From positions 168,580,001 to 168,644,000 of the forward strand of contig NC_086097.1 of assembly GCF_963921235.1 (NCBI RefSeq): DNA of 64,000 nucleotides, written 5' to 3'. Source of the DNA: Mobula hypostoma (lineage: Eukaryota). Below the pieces are notes generated by a model, which worked only from the letters and a program-made list of their open reading frames with translations, ran no database searches and had not been told where the DNA came from. Below, one piece after another: positions 23,113-36,244 of this stretch (positions are counted from its first letter, which is position 1; each line of letters begins with the position of its first letter). Both the position numbers and the translations under genes were made by a program.

Positions 23113-26100
23113 ATAGAAGGCAGACAGAATGCAGAATGCCGTGTTGTAATTACAGAGAAAGTGCAGAGCAGGTGGACAAATAAAGTGCCAAGGCCACAAC
23201 GAGGGAGATGGAGAGACCAAGAGTTCACCTCTAGTGTCTGAGTGGTCTGTTTGAGAGTAGTACAGTAGAGCAAAAGCTGTCCTTGAGTCTGGTGCCTTAT
23301 GCTCTTAGGCTGTCGTGTCTCCTTTGTGGTAGGGGAGGGGAGAAAAGAAAATGCCCAGCGTGGGAGGGGTCTTTGATTATGTCTGTTTTCCTGAGGCAGC
23401 TGGAAGTGGAGATGGAGTCAGTGCAGGGGAGGTTGGTTTGTGTGATGGACTGGGCTGTGTTCTAACTTCTCGTGGTCTCGGGCAGAGGGCAGCTGCCACA
23501 CCCAGATGCGATGCACCGGGAGAGGATGCTTCCTATGGTACATGGACTTCCTGGCAGAGTATGGGCTACAAAAGTAGGACTTGCTCCCAGTTCTGCCTGC
23601 CTGCAGAAACCAGTCTCAGCTTTTCTTTGTGTACCACAGATGGACATGTGGGGGTGCTACAGAGCAGCAGGTTAGTTCTTTTAACAACGGTTTAGGATTG
23701 TCAAACCTGTCAGTGCTGGAAACTGTGTTAATCCTCATCACAAAGCAATTTATAAAGTAAATATTACAGGGAAAGGGATGTTGGAAATGTTCAGCAGGTT
23801 AAACATAATCTGCCAGACTATGTCAGAGGCCGGGCACCCTGCAGCGTGTGACTCACTTCCGGACAACATGAAGCCTTCCCACTATTTTCAAGGCACGCAG
23901 GAGCGTGTTGACATTTCCCCACTTACCCCAAGGGTACTGCTCCAATAATACCCCTGAAATTCCGGGTCAAAGCAGCAGCCTGATCAGTACTCTGGTATGA
24001 TAACATGGACTCTTGGCCTCAATCTACCTCGTTGTGATCTTGCACTTTCTCATTTACCTGCACTGCACTTTCTCTGTAGCTTTTACACTTTATTCTGCAT
24101 TGTTATTGTCTTAACTTATTCTAGCTCAATGCACTGAGTAAATAATTGATCTGTATAAATGATATTGCAAGACAAGCTTTTCACTGTATCTTAGCACATG
24201 TGACCAACTACTAAACCGCTACTAATCTATTATTACAGTTATCTGTTAAGGCACAAATACTGACCAGATAATATCCTGCGTGCAGCTGACGAGGTAGGTG
24301 TAACATTTCATTCAGATAGGTGTCAAACTCAGTAATGGTATGCCAGTGATGATTTACGTATGTGTTAGTTTTGATCATATACTCAATTTGCAGAGGGAAG
24401 GCATCCTATCCAGATGCATAACAGTATTATATTGCAACTTCTTTGCCCAAGGCTGCAAGAAATTGCAGAGTTGTGAGCACAACCCAGTCTATTATGAAAA
24501 GCAGCCTCCTCTCCATTGACACTGCCTACACTTCCCAGGATTCCTAAGATTCCTCCCACTCCAGTTATTCTCTCCTCACCCTTCCCATCAAGCACGCAAT
24601 ACAAAAGCTTGAGAATCTGTACCATCAGGCTCAAGCACAGACTCTACCTCGTTGACTCTTGCGCGACTTACCTCTTTTATGACCATTCTACTTTATTTAT
24701 CTGCTCTGCATTTTGTCTGTAACTAACACTACATTCTGCATTCAATTTTTTTTTCTCTTTTTGCACTATCTCGACCTACTTTTGCGTGGGATGATCTGTA
24801 TGGATGGAGAGCAAACAAAAGCTTTCCACTGTATCCCGGTACATGTGACAATAACAAACCCAAATCACTCCCTCCACCATTGGCTACTGAATGTGTCAGA
24901 TACAGTTCATACCATGTCTGGATCATCACGAGGTCAAAAGTGTCAGAGCCATGGGAACACTAACTGCAGGTCCCCCCTCCTCAATGCTGAGTTAAAAATA
25001 CATCACTGACCCTCCATCATCACTAGGTCTAAATCCTGGAACTCCATACTCAGGGAGATCCTTCACCAGAGGGTCTGTCCCAGTTCAAGGTTCAGTCTCG
25101 GGGCAGTAAACCACAGGGCAACAAGCAACATGCAGGAAACGGTGACTTTGCAGAGATGCAACATCATAAGGAAGGAATAAATGTGAAGGAAAGCACAGCT
25201 CTGCAGTGCCAGTATCAGGAGAAGGTAGGCTTTGACAAGCCACCTCGATTTTACTCTCTCCAGAGCAAAGTTTTCACCTCTCTTTAACAAGGTTCTTTGA
25301 AGGTTTAACAAGGTCTAAGAAGGTTTTAGAGAACATGAGGGACAGACAGAGAGAAACATGGGCATTGTAACTGGTTAATTACAGACACATGTTCTGAGAC
25401 ATTGGAAAGCTCACGTTTTGCATGCCATCCATAAAGATCATTGCGTATATAGTACAAAGGAAAAAGGAATAAGAGAATGCAGAATATATTGTTACAGTTA
25501 CAGAGAAAATGCAACGCAGCTAGACAAATAAGATGCAAATGGCCAGAATGAGGGCATGAGTTCATCTTCATTATACAAGAAATGCAGACACGAGACAGGT
25601 AAAAGTGAGTCAGATGCTGTCATTGAGCCTGGTGGTACTCTTGTGCCTTCCACTTGATGGATGGGGAGAGAAGAGCGAACGTGCAGGGTGAGAAGGGTTG
25701 ATTAAACCGGCTGCTTCTCCAGAAGCAGCGGGAAGTATAGATAGAGTCTGTGGAAGGGGATTGGTTTTCATGAGACACTGGGCCATGCTGTCCGCAATTT
25801 CTTGCAGTCTTGAACAGAGCCATTGCTATACTGGGCTGTGATGTATCGGGATAGTTTGAGGAGATGCCTCAGGATAGAACCTTCCATTGAATATCATTCC
25901 TCCAAATCTGGCCATTCACAATCCCTGAATGCAACTGCTCCACCACTGCTCCACTGTGACACAATGATAATGGGCTGAGACTACATTCAATGTAAGGAGG
26001 ATGTTAAATACCAGTGTTATGAGCTCTCTCTCAGCTGTAATTATTTTGTTTTTATTCGGTTTCCAGAATGTGGGTGTTATTGGTCCAGCCCTAATTGCCC

Positions 26101-26231
26101 TCAAGAAGGTGGAGGTGAGTCTCCTTCAGGAATTACTGAGTAAAGATGCTCCTAAAAAAGTGCGTGGGGAGAGCGCTTCAGCAATGATACATTTCCAATT
26201 CAAGATGACACATAAACTGGTGCGGACATTA

Positions 26232-26450
26232 GACACAAGAGATTCTGCAGATGCTGGAAATCTTGAACAACTATGCTGCAGGAACTCAGCAAGACAGACA
26301 ACATCCATGGAAGAGAATAAATAGTCAATGCTTCAGGCCGAGATTCTTCATCAGGAGTAATGTAGGGTCTCAGCCTGTAACTTTGGCTGTTTATTTCCCC
26401 TTCATAGGTGTTACCTGGCACTGAGCTGTTCCTGTATTTTGTGTGTGTTG
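26232..26450. mobile_element. Fold-back Penelope terminus pair with two decayed back-to-back hammerheads
   Basis: Minus-strand ctgatgaagaatctcggcctgaagcattgact at about 26323-26354 abuts plus-strand gtagggtctcagcctgtaac. Confidence 0.65.
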
Positions 26451-26759
26451 TTGGATGGGGACCAGCAGCTGCTAGTGTTCCCCTATGTCTGCTGCCGTTA
26501 GCCTTCTCCGTGACAGATGTCATGGGTTTGTGTAAGGAATTATACCAGCTGGGCAATTTATCACAAGTACACATTGTAGTTGAATTATGAAGTTTGGTTC
26601 CATTCATTAAAATTTCAAAGGCAGGGAAACAAGACCCATTTCCACACCATTTATTCAACACACATAAGAGATGCTCTTACATAATTTTGTGTAAATTTGA
26701 TTAACCAAACTTTTGAAGGAGGCGGCATAGATAGGTAGAGAAGTAGGGAATGCACCTGG

Positions 26760-27890
26760 TAGTCTTCATTTACCAGGGCACACAACACAAGACCAGGGAA
26801 GTTATGTTAGTGCTTTAGAACAATGTTGAGGCCACATTCGGAATCTTGTCCGTATTCTTGGTCGCCACAATGTACATAATTATTCTGGAGAGGGTGTAGA
26901 GGAGGTGTACCAGAAGCTTGCCTGGGGCAGAGTGTCTCAGGTATGAGGAGATTCCTTGGAGTGGAGAAGACCAAGAGGTTCAAAATTATGAGGGGCATAG
27001 ATGAGGTGAACAATGGTAATACTTTCTCCATAGCTTAAGTATCGATAACCAGAGGGCTTAGGTTTAAGATCACAAGGAAGACATTCACAGTCATAGAATT
27101 ATCCAGCACAGAAACAAGCCTTCTGGCCTAACTTGTCTATACCGACCAAGGTGACGGTCTGAGCCAATATCATTTGCTTGCATTTGGACCACATCCATCT
27201 AAACCTTTTCTATCCATGTCATTTTACCCTCTCCACCATCTTCTCTGGCATCTCGTCACATACACCCACCGCCTTCTGTGAGGAAAAAGTTGACTCTCAG
27301 GTCCCCTTTAAATCTTTCCCCTGTCACCATAAACCTATCGTACGCCCTGAATCTTAGATGATTCTACCTCGGGATAAAGATTGTGTCCATATGCCTCATC
27401 TATATCCCTTATGATTTTATAAGCCATTATAAGATCATCTCTAAGTCTCCTACACTTGAGAGACAGAAAGCACAGCCTATCCAGCATCTTCTAAGAGCTG
27501 AAGCCCCCAATCTCGGTAACATCCTTCTGAACCTTTTCTGCATCTTTTCCAGTTAATGACAACTGTTTGATATCTAAGCAAAAAGAAGAGCACTCAATAC
27601 TCCAAGTACTGTCTCACCAACGTCTTGTACAGCTGTTATGTGATGTCCCAACTCTTGTATGAGGAGAGAAAGGGAAGGATTTTTGCCCAACCTCAGTGTT
27701 GCTGAAATCTGGAATGCATTAACTGAGGGGATGGTAGAGGCAGTCACCTGAAGTATCTAGGACAGCACTGAACTCACCAATGCCCAGAAGGCTTCAGGCA
27801 AGGTACAGTAAATGGGATTAATAAAGATTGATGCCGAATGGCAGCAGAAGGCTGAGAAGTCTGTTTCTGAGTGGTATAACTCGATGACTC
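26760..27890. mobile_element. Plus-strand CR1 3' relic containing a minus-strand CR1 3' fragment (about 27089-27660)
   Basis: CR1 3' motifs in opposite orientations. The outer copy resumes after 27660. Confidence 0.65.
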
Positions 27891-28942
27891 ATTTATTCAG
27901 ACATGGAGACAGAGAGGCACAGACAGAAATAAATGGGCCCATTCTAGCAGACAGCTCTTTTATGAGGCTTCTAATTATTCTTCGTTCATCTAATCAGGCT
28001 TGTGTGTATATATGTGTGCGCACATGCTCTCCCACCAATATAATTAATTTCAATCTAAATGCACTAAGATAAAAATGCTTACACAAGCACTGAATGTGAA
28101 ATTTCATTAAGGGAAGAGAAAAGCTTGTCTTGCCATGAGCTGGCATCTTGATTAACTCCTGTTTGCAATCAGAGCCTAAATTTATCAGGCTGCAGCTGTG
28201 AGGTGCACACTGTTGATAACGTGTACAAAGCAAGAGCTAACTAACTTAATATCAGAAGTAATCCTTGTTCAATATTACAGAGAGACTCTAGGTTGAAGTA
28301 ACGTGTGGTAGTGCAGATAACAAGTCATAGAAGGAGACAATGAAGGGTCAAGTTTCAGCCTCTGCTCAGCCAGCGCTATGTTGGTGTACATCCTCTCCTG
28401 CCTAGACGCCTCTGTGAGGCAACAGTAACTGCACGGACAGCAGTTTGCAATGAATTCACCATTAAAATCACACAAAATGTTCCAACGAAGAAGTGTCCCA
28501 CAAAAACATCAACACAACCTTTTTATCTCCCCCGCCAGTTTATCCATCGTCTCCACCCCCAACTACATCAACCCCAGTGTTTCATAATCCTTATGATACA
28601 AAGCTCATCTGCTCACGAGGTAATTAACGTTCCTGCAGGGTGTCTTGAGTGCGGCAGCAAAGTGGTTAAGTTATCCAGACGTCTGGGCAATGACACAGAA
28701 CCAGGTGTACAAATCCTACAGCAGTGAATCTAAATTCAAATAATTAATCTGGGATGAAAAGCTCCCCTTGGGAATTGTGACTGTGAAAGTACTGGATTAG
28801 TGGAAAACCCATCTGATTCACAAATGCCTTTCAGGACAAGAAACTGGCTGTCTTACCTGGTCTGACTGAAATATCATCAATGTGAATAATTCTCAACTGT
28901 TCTCCAAAATGATCTGAGATACAACCAACTTCAGAGGGGAGT

Positions 28943-29222
28943 TTATTTAGACATTCAGCGTGGAATGGGCCCTTCCAGCCCAACGAGCTGCATAGACCAA
29001 CAATGCTAATTTAATCCTAGCCCAATCACAGGACAATTTAACAAATTAGCCTACTAGCTGGTACGTCTTTGGATCATGGAAGGAAACCGAAGCACCCAGA
29101 GGAAACCCACACGTGCAGAGGAAGAACGCATGTACCAACATCCTTACAGAGTGCGCTGGAACTGAGCTGTGAACTCCGATGTCCCGAGCTGTAATAGTGT
29201 CACGCTAATCACTATGCTACGC
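28943..29222 (-). mobile_element. V-SINE-type SINE
   Basis: ggaaggaaaccgaagcacccagaggaaacccac core. Colinear with 630-896. Confidence 0.75.
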
Positions 29223-29952
29223 AAATGACAGTTTTGCCAATGACATCCCCTTCACATTAAAAAGGCACTTAAAATAAAAGCTTTATTGTGGATAATTAAT
29301 GGTTAATTTATGTTTTTTGGGAGTGCTGTTTATATGATACTAAGTTCCTGTGATTTATTGCACCTGTACGTACATGTATTGTGCATTTTACAATAAATTA
29401 CAATAAACAATGACTTTCCTGCCCTTTCAAATACCAGCACAACATTAAGGATCTCTGTAAGACTGCCTTCCGCAGCACAATAAAGGATGGCATTAGCGGA
29501 AATTCCTTTGTGCAGGAGGCTGTAACAGAAACATAACAAAATATCATGTGAAATTGATCAAATTAAAGATCTTCAAAATCTGAAACATTAATTCTATTTC
29601 TTTCTCCACTGATGCCACTGGGACCTGTTCTGTGTTTCCAGCATTTTCTATTCAGACGGAAAATCCTCTCGAGCAGCACAAAGTAACAGAGCATCTCCAA
29701 CAACAAATGCACGGCCCTGGCCTCTAGCTACAACAGCCAAGAATATATGCATGAATCAGTCTGTGCTTACCAAACACAAGGGATCGCTTGCAACCCAAAG
29801 CTAAAAAGATCATTGTGTCAGCAGAAGTATACTTCACCACATCACACCACATGATGCAAGTTACTTACTATTTGTTAAGTGTTTCAGCTCTTCCTTTGAA
29901 TGTGTGTTTTATAACAAACTCATGCACTAACCATTTATAATATATCATACAC

Positions 29953-29978
<26 letters not shown>
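29953..29978 (+). repeat. (TG)13 microsatellite
   Basis: Direct reading. Confidence 0.95.
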
Positions 29979-29987
<9 letters not shown>

Positions 29988-31971
29988 TAATTATGCACAC
30001 GCAGATACATAATAAACTGCTGTACATTTATACACTATGTGTTATATTTCATCAGTTGTTGATACATCACACATTACAGCTCTAGTACCCTGATATTAAG
30101 GTTAGATAATTATCAAAAGTTTATTTTCATTATCTCATGTATGTTTATACAGTCTAATGCACATCATCTGTTTAATCTTACATATGAAATTTGTTGATCT
30201 AATGTTAAGTATTGTGTTCACAAAATAATCTGCAGATGCTGGGGTCAAAGCAACACTCACAACACACTTTTCCCATATAAATAAATGGTAATTGCTTCTT
30301 CGCTTTACGACATTTCGGCTTACGAACCGTTTCATAGGAACGCTCTACCTTCGGATGGCGGGGGAAACCTGTACCAGCTATATCATTCTCCTTCCACGAG
30401 GATTAGGGGAAAGTGGGGATTGGCTGCGGAAGTCAAGGCAAGTTTATACTGAATGGTTTGAATTTTGAATAAATTTGATTAATAGTTCACCTCACAGGTT
30501 GGTAGAATCTTTACTCCAACCAATGAATCAAGATAATTCTACGCTACCCAAATTCTAGATGTTCAACAACATTTACTAGACTATTGAACAAAACTCATTA
30601 TATCTGAATCTGAACCAGTTACAGAAGGTCTTGGACTCCTTACAGAATCAACTTTCAAAGCTACTTAAAAATATTTAAACATTGCAGCATTTTACTGAAC
30701 TCAATGAAGGGATGTCAGTGCCTCTCCTCATCATGTGATCAACACAAAGAGCTACCATGGCGACAAAACTGGCCTCCCTTCCCCCTTCCTGTGACTACAA
30801 CCTTTACTTTCCCCAGTCATCCGTAGAAAGGGAGATTACTTCAGTCTGTGTTAGTCCTTAAAAGGCCGAGCGAGCATTAAAGACTTCAATGTATCCTGCC
30901 TCATTAATGAAAAATTGAGCACAGATGGCAATGTTAAAATGTTGGAACATTACATTTATTTATTTAATGGACTGATGAAATGGCTAGCAGTAAATTAAGG
31001 TTTATTTGCTGAAGTTGTAAAATGGACTTCAATGATGGTAAAATTAAATTAGCCTCACAGATCACTGCTAATAATTCAGATATCAGCCTTCCGGGTCACC
31101 AGCTGAGCTTGAAGGCGAAAGCTGCCAACTCTTCAGGAAGGCCTTCAGAACCTTAAAAGAATTAAAAATTAATTGGCAGGAATTGCTGCACATACCCCAC
31201 AGAAGAAAATTGATGCAGGACACTAAAAATAAGCAGCATATTCAGTTTATTTGGCTCCTTCATTTATTAATGACTGAAAAAAAATGAACGACCCCACTCA
31301 CCCAGGGCATTCTCTCTTCCCCCCCTATCATCGGCCTGAAAGCACATACCACAGGCTCAAGAGCAGCTTCTAAGCCACTGCTATAAGACTAATAAATGGT
31401 CCCCTGGCACAGTAAGATGCACTCTTGACCTCACAATCTACTTCATTAGGATCTTACATTTTATCGTCTACCTGCATGTCCTCTGCAGCCATTGCTTTAT
31501 TCTGCGTTGTCATTGTTTTACCTTGTTCTATCTTGCTCAGTGCACGGTGTATTGATTTGATCTGTATGAATAGTATGCCAGACAAGCTTTTCATGTGATG
31601 ATAGAAACAATACCAATTCCTATTCCTGGAATAGGCTGCCAGGGATGGTGATGGAAGCAGGTAAGAGTGACACTTAAGACATATTGGTTTATTACTGTCA
31701 CATGTGTTCCAGATACAGCAGAAAAATTGTTTGGGATGCCACACGTGAAGGTCATTTCAAAACATAGGTATATTGAGGCAGGGAAATTATACAAGGAGAA
31801 AACAATCACGCAGAATGTGGTGTTCCAGCTACAAGGTGCAGTGCAGGCAGGCAATGAGGTGCAAAGGCTATGATCAGGTAGACTGCGAGGTCAAGAGCTC
31901 TGTTCCAGAGCTTCAAGCAGCCGAACAGAAGCTACCCTTCAGCCAGTAGTGCTGGTAAATTTTTTAAAAAA

Positions 31972-32257
31972 TTTATTTCTTTTAAGAGATACAGCACAGA
32001 ATAGGCCCTTTTGGCCCTTCAAGCCGCCCCGCCAACAACCCTCAATTTAACCCTAGCCTAATCACAGGACAATCTACAATGACCAATTAAACTACATCTT
32101 TGGAGTGTGGGAGGAAACTGGAGCACCCGGGAAAACCCAGGCATTCCTTGGGGAGGACATTCAAACTGCTTACGGAGGACGCTGGGAATGAACTCTGAAC
32201 TCCGACACCCCGAGCTACAATAGTATTGCACTAACTGCTACACTACCATGGCGCCCC
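31972..32257 (-). mobile_element. V-SINE-type SINE
   Basis: tgtgggaggaaactggagcacccgggaaaaccca core with a tRNA-like head at the right end. Confidence 0.78.
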
Positions 32258-35200
32258 ATACATAGACACCAACATGCAGGGAACGGAGGATGCGGGTCAG
32301 AAGAGAATTAGCTTAACTTGGCAAGTTCAGCAGAGACTCCATGAGCCAAAGGGCCAGTCCCTGTGCTGCACCATTCTATGTTCAATGGAGGGGGGGGGAA
32401 ATCATATGGTTGCCCCTTGATAGCTCAGTGGTGGAAATTATTCTTCTGATCTCTCTGCTCTTTACCCACTGCATGATGACAAGCAAGAGTGGATATCCCT
32501 CAAGTGAGATGAGTGGGACCTCTTCTCTGTCCACATCACCCCACTCGCAGTCACTGTGGCCTTCTACATCTTGAGACCTGGATCAAGTGGATGAGAAGCC
32601 AGTAGGTTGAAGGCAGTGTCTCGGAAAAGAACAGCAAACCTCTCCAACTCTGGTAACTAGAGGCCCAGGTGATTGACTAGAGGGGTTTGACAAATAAACA
32701 AGCTGCAGAAATTATACACAAGTGAGCAGATGAGAGGAGATAGTCTACTGGGGCTTATGGAACCAGTTTGTGCTCAGGAATCAGAAGCAGCTCTATAGAT
32801 GAAGATTCTTGGACCTGAAACGTCAACTCTTCTTCTTTTCCCAGAGATGTGGCAAGACCTGCTGAGTATTTCCAACATTTTCTGCTATTATAGCTGAAAT
32901 AAAACATCTGGTTGGGACTTTAATGGCCACAAATGGCTTTGAACTTGGCAGGAAGCCATACATTGGCATCCATGCTGGAAAAAGTTAATCAGCACCCACT
33001 GACCTCATCCATATTCTTAATGAAGGACCCCGACAGCTTCAGCCTATGTGCCTGATCAGTGGAGCAAGGTAAAACTGAACGAAGTGAAGATAGAGGGTGG
33101 TACCAATAAGTAAAACTCGTGGCACCAACAGTACAACATCCAAAGCAGCTTTAATACAGAGTTTTCAAAGCCTGCCACCAAGATGAGTAGGAAGGAATTA
33201 AGCCTGGTCAAACTTGGGAAGCCTAGCAGCATAGCTGGTGACGTCACAGTGACCTCAGGAGCTGTCTGTGAGTTCTTGTTACTGAATGGGTTTCCTTGGG
33301 GTTCCTCCAGTTTCCTCCCACATGCAAGGGTAGGCAAAACATGTTGAAATGTTGGGATGATTGACATTTTGTGCCAAGACCCTGCAGGGAGACTGCGAGT
33401 ATGGAGAGAAGATGGCCAGGTTTTAGAAGCGGGCGGGAGGAGTGACTCTGAGGTTAGTAGGTGATAGGTTGAACTGGGTGAGGTTGAGGATGACAGGCAG
33501 ATGGAGGCAGTTGGGGGAACATCGAGAAGAAAGTTGGCGGGTGATAAGTAGGAGATACCTAGCAACTGTAAATTGCACTTGGCTTGGAAGTTGTAGAATC
33601 TGCTGAGAATATGCAAAGCATAAAACAAAATAATAGACATATAAATGAATGGACATTCATCAGCGTGGACTCCATGAGCCCAAGTGTCCTGTTTCCATGC
33701 TCACTGTGACTGTGATCATCCTCGTGTGCAGCTTCTCACCACCTTAGTACATTTTTCACCTTTCCTACAATCTTGAGCCAAACAAAGAAAAATTCTACTT
33801 TTGAAGATGTCACCCTCCTTAACCTTTAACTCATCAATGACAATCATTAATGTGGATATTCACCATCACCTAGTTAGGAGCAAGTCCTGCCTCAGAATTG
33901 CTTGTGAGAGAGTAGAGAACCTCTGAAGGCATTTCTGGAGGGAATGCCACACTCCCAGATTTCGAATCAATTGCAAGGTCCGAAGACACTATTCTGCATT
34001 CTTATCTGGTGCAAAAGATTCCAATGAAGCCTTCCACAGCAAAGCAGGGGAGTCCGACCAGTGTCTTGGGCAACTCTTAACCTCACGCGGTCATAAGAAG
34101 ACAGATTATTTTGTCCTCATTCCTTTGCTAATGGTGAGATCTTCCAGTGCAGCAAATGGTTGCCACATTTCCCATGTTACACCCATTGACTACAGTTCAA
34201 AGTGCAGTGGCCATGAAATACCAAGGAAGGCCTGAGACCTCTACTATCCATGTACCTAGCCAAACTTCTCTTAAACATTGACATTGAGCTCGAATGTACC
34301 ACTTGTGCTGGCAGCTCATTCCACACTCTTACAGCCCTCTAACTGAAGACATTTCCCCTCATGATCCTCTTAAACATTTCACCTTTCAACCTTAAACCAT
34401 GTTGCAGTCCCACCCAAGGTCAATGGAAAAAGCCTGCTTGCATTTACCCTATTGATACCTCGATAAATCTCGCCTCAATCTTCTACGTTCCAAGGAATAA
34501 AGTTCTAACCTATTCAATTTCTTCATATAACTCAGGTCCTCCAGACCCAGCAACATCCTTGTAAATTTTCTGTATACTCTTTTAACCTTATTTACATCTT
34601 TCCTATAGGTAGGTGGCAAGTGTAGAGAGGTAATCACACATCAGCACCAATCTTACTGGAGAGTGACTTCATTTACTAATTGAAGTAGACTTACCAGTAA
34701 TTTTATAACAAATTAAATCTAAAGTTGGGACAAAAACAGTTTCAACCAATTGCTACCAGAAAATGTTCTCAGCTAAATGGTCAATGAAAAGACAGTAGTT
34801 TAAATAAGCATTGGCAGGCCAGGATGGCAGCAGCTGGTGACACAGCTGGAGAAAGCAACTCGTAAGCACGAGAGATTCTGCAGATATTGTGGAAAGCAAC
34901 TTCCCATCTTCTGCCTTGTTAAAGCAGGCAGACTGAACATTAATCACTCTGAGCTCATCGGTACAATATATGGTTACTTAAGCAAAGCTGCCACTGTGTA
35001 AGTAACGATTAATGATGGTTAGCATATGTGCAAATCAACACACAGTTAAAGTGGAGTGCGTGTTAATATGATGGAAGGAACATCTGAAATGGAGAAGTGT
35101 AACGCAGTCACATAGAAATGCTGGATATTCTCAGAGGGGATGCTGAGAGCATGTCTCTTTGAGTGGAGTGTCTACTCTGAACTCTCCATGTAACAGCCTA

Positions 35201-36071
35201 TGCACACTGTGGGGTTGTCCACCTGTCTCTCAAATGCTTCATGGTGGATTGCTGAAGGAAGAAATATGAATGTGGATGCATTGTGAGGGAACGTACTAAA
35301 CTAAGGGCACAAAGAGTGTAGAGGAAGGTGCACAGTTAATTGTATTTATTTATTATAAATACATTTATTTTAACAAAGCAAAAGAAGATGCTTAGGAAAT
35401 GCAAAGCTGGTTGGAATTATACCCAGCACCAAGGAGGATGGCTGTGGTGGTTGGAGGCCAATTATCACAGCCACAGGATGCTTCTGCAGTTGCTCTTTTG
35501 GGTTGTGTCTTTGGCCTAAACATCTTCAACAGCTTCATCAGTGACTTTCCTTTGGTGCTAAGGTCAGAAGTAGGGATGTTGGCTGATAATTGCACTGCAG
35601 TCAGTACCATTCATGACTTCTCAGATAATGAAGCAGTCTACATTTAAATGAAGTGAGGTAAAATCCAGGCCTGGGCTAACAGGCGACAAGTAATATCCAA
35701 CAAGAGACATTCCATCGCTTCACACTATGATGTTCAATGTCATTACCATCACTGAATCCTGCAGCATCGATATCTTGGGTTTTACCAGTGAGCCAAAACC
35801 GAACTGGAGGAGCTACACTCACAGGGTGGCTACAAGAGCAGGTCAGAGGTAAGGAATCCTGTAAGCCTGCCCACCATCTACACAGCTCAAGCCAGGGATG
35901 TGATGGTATACTTGCAACTTGCCTAGACAAGTGCACCTTCAACAACACTCGAGAAGCTAGAAGAAGTACCAACCTGCTTGATAGACACAACATCCACCAC
36001 CATTGCACAGCAGAAGCAGTTTGCACCATCTATAGGATACACGACAGCAAATCACCTAGAATCTTTAGACA

Positions 36072-36194
36072 ACACACATCAAAGCTGCTGGTGAACGCAG
36101 CAGGCCAGGCAGCATCTCTAGCAAGAGGTGCAGTCGACGTTTCAGGCCGAGACCCTTCGTCAGGACTAACTGAAGGAAGAGTGAGTAAGGGATT
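36072..36194 (-). mobile_element. 123-bp Penelope mini-insertion carrying an intact hammerhead
   Basis: Perfect 15-bp TSD tagaatctttagaca at 36057-36071 and 36195-36209. Nearly identical to 62416-62538. Confidence 0.9.
36131..36168 (-). ncRNA. Minimal type-I hammerhead ribozyme, identical to the copy at 62475-62512
   Basis: The plus strand cagtcgacgtttcaggccgagacccttcgtcaggacta is the same 38 nt as 62475-62512. Confidence 0.8.
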
Positions 36195-36244
36195 TAGAAT
36201 CTTTAGACAGCAGCTTACAACCCTACAACCTCTACCGACTAGAA

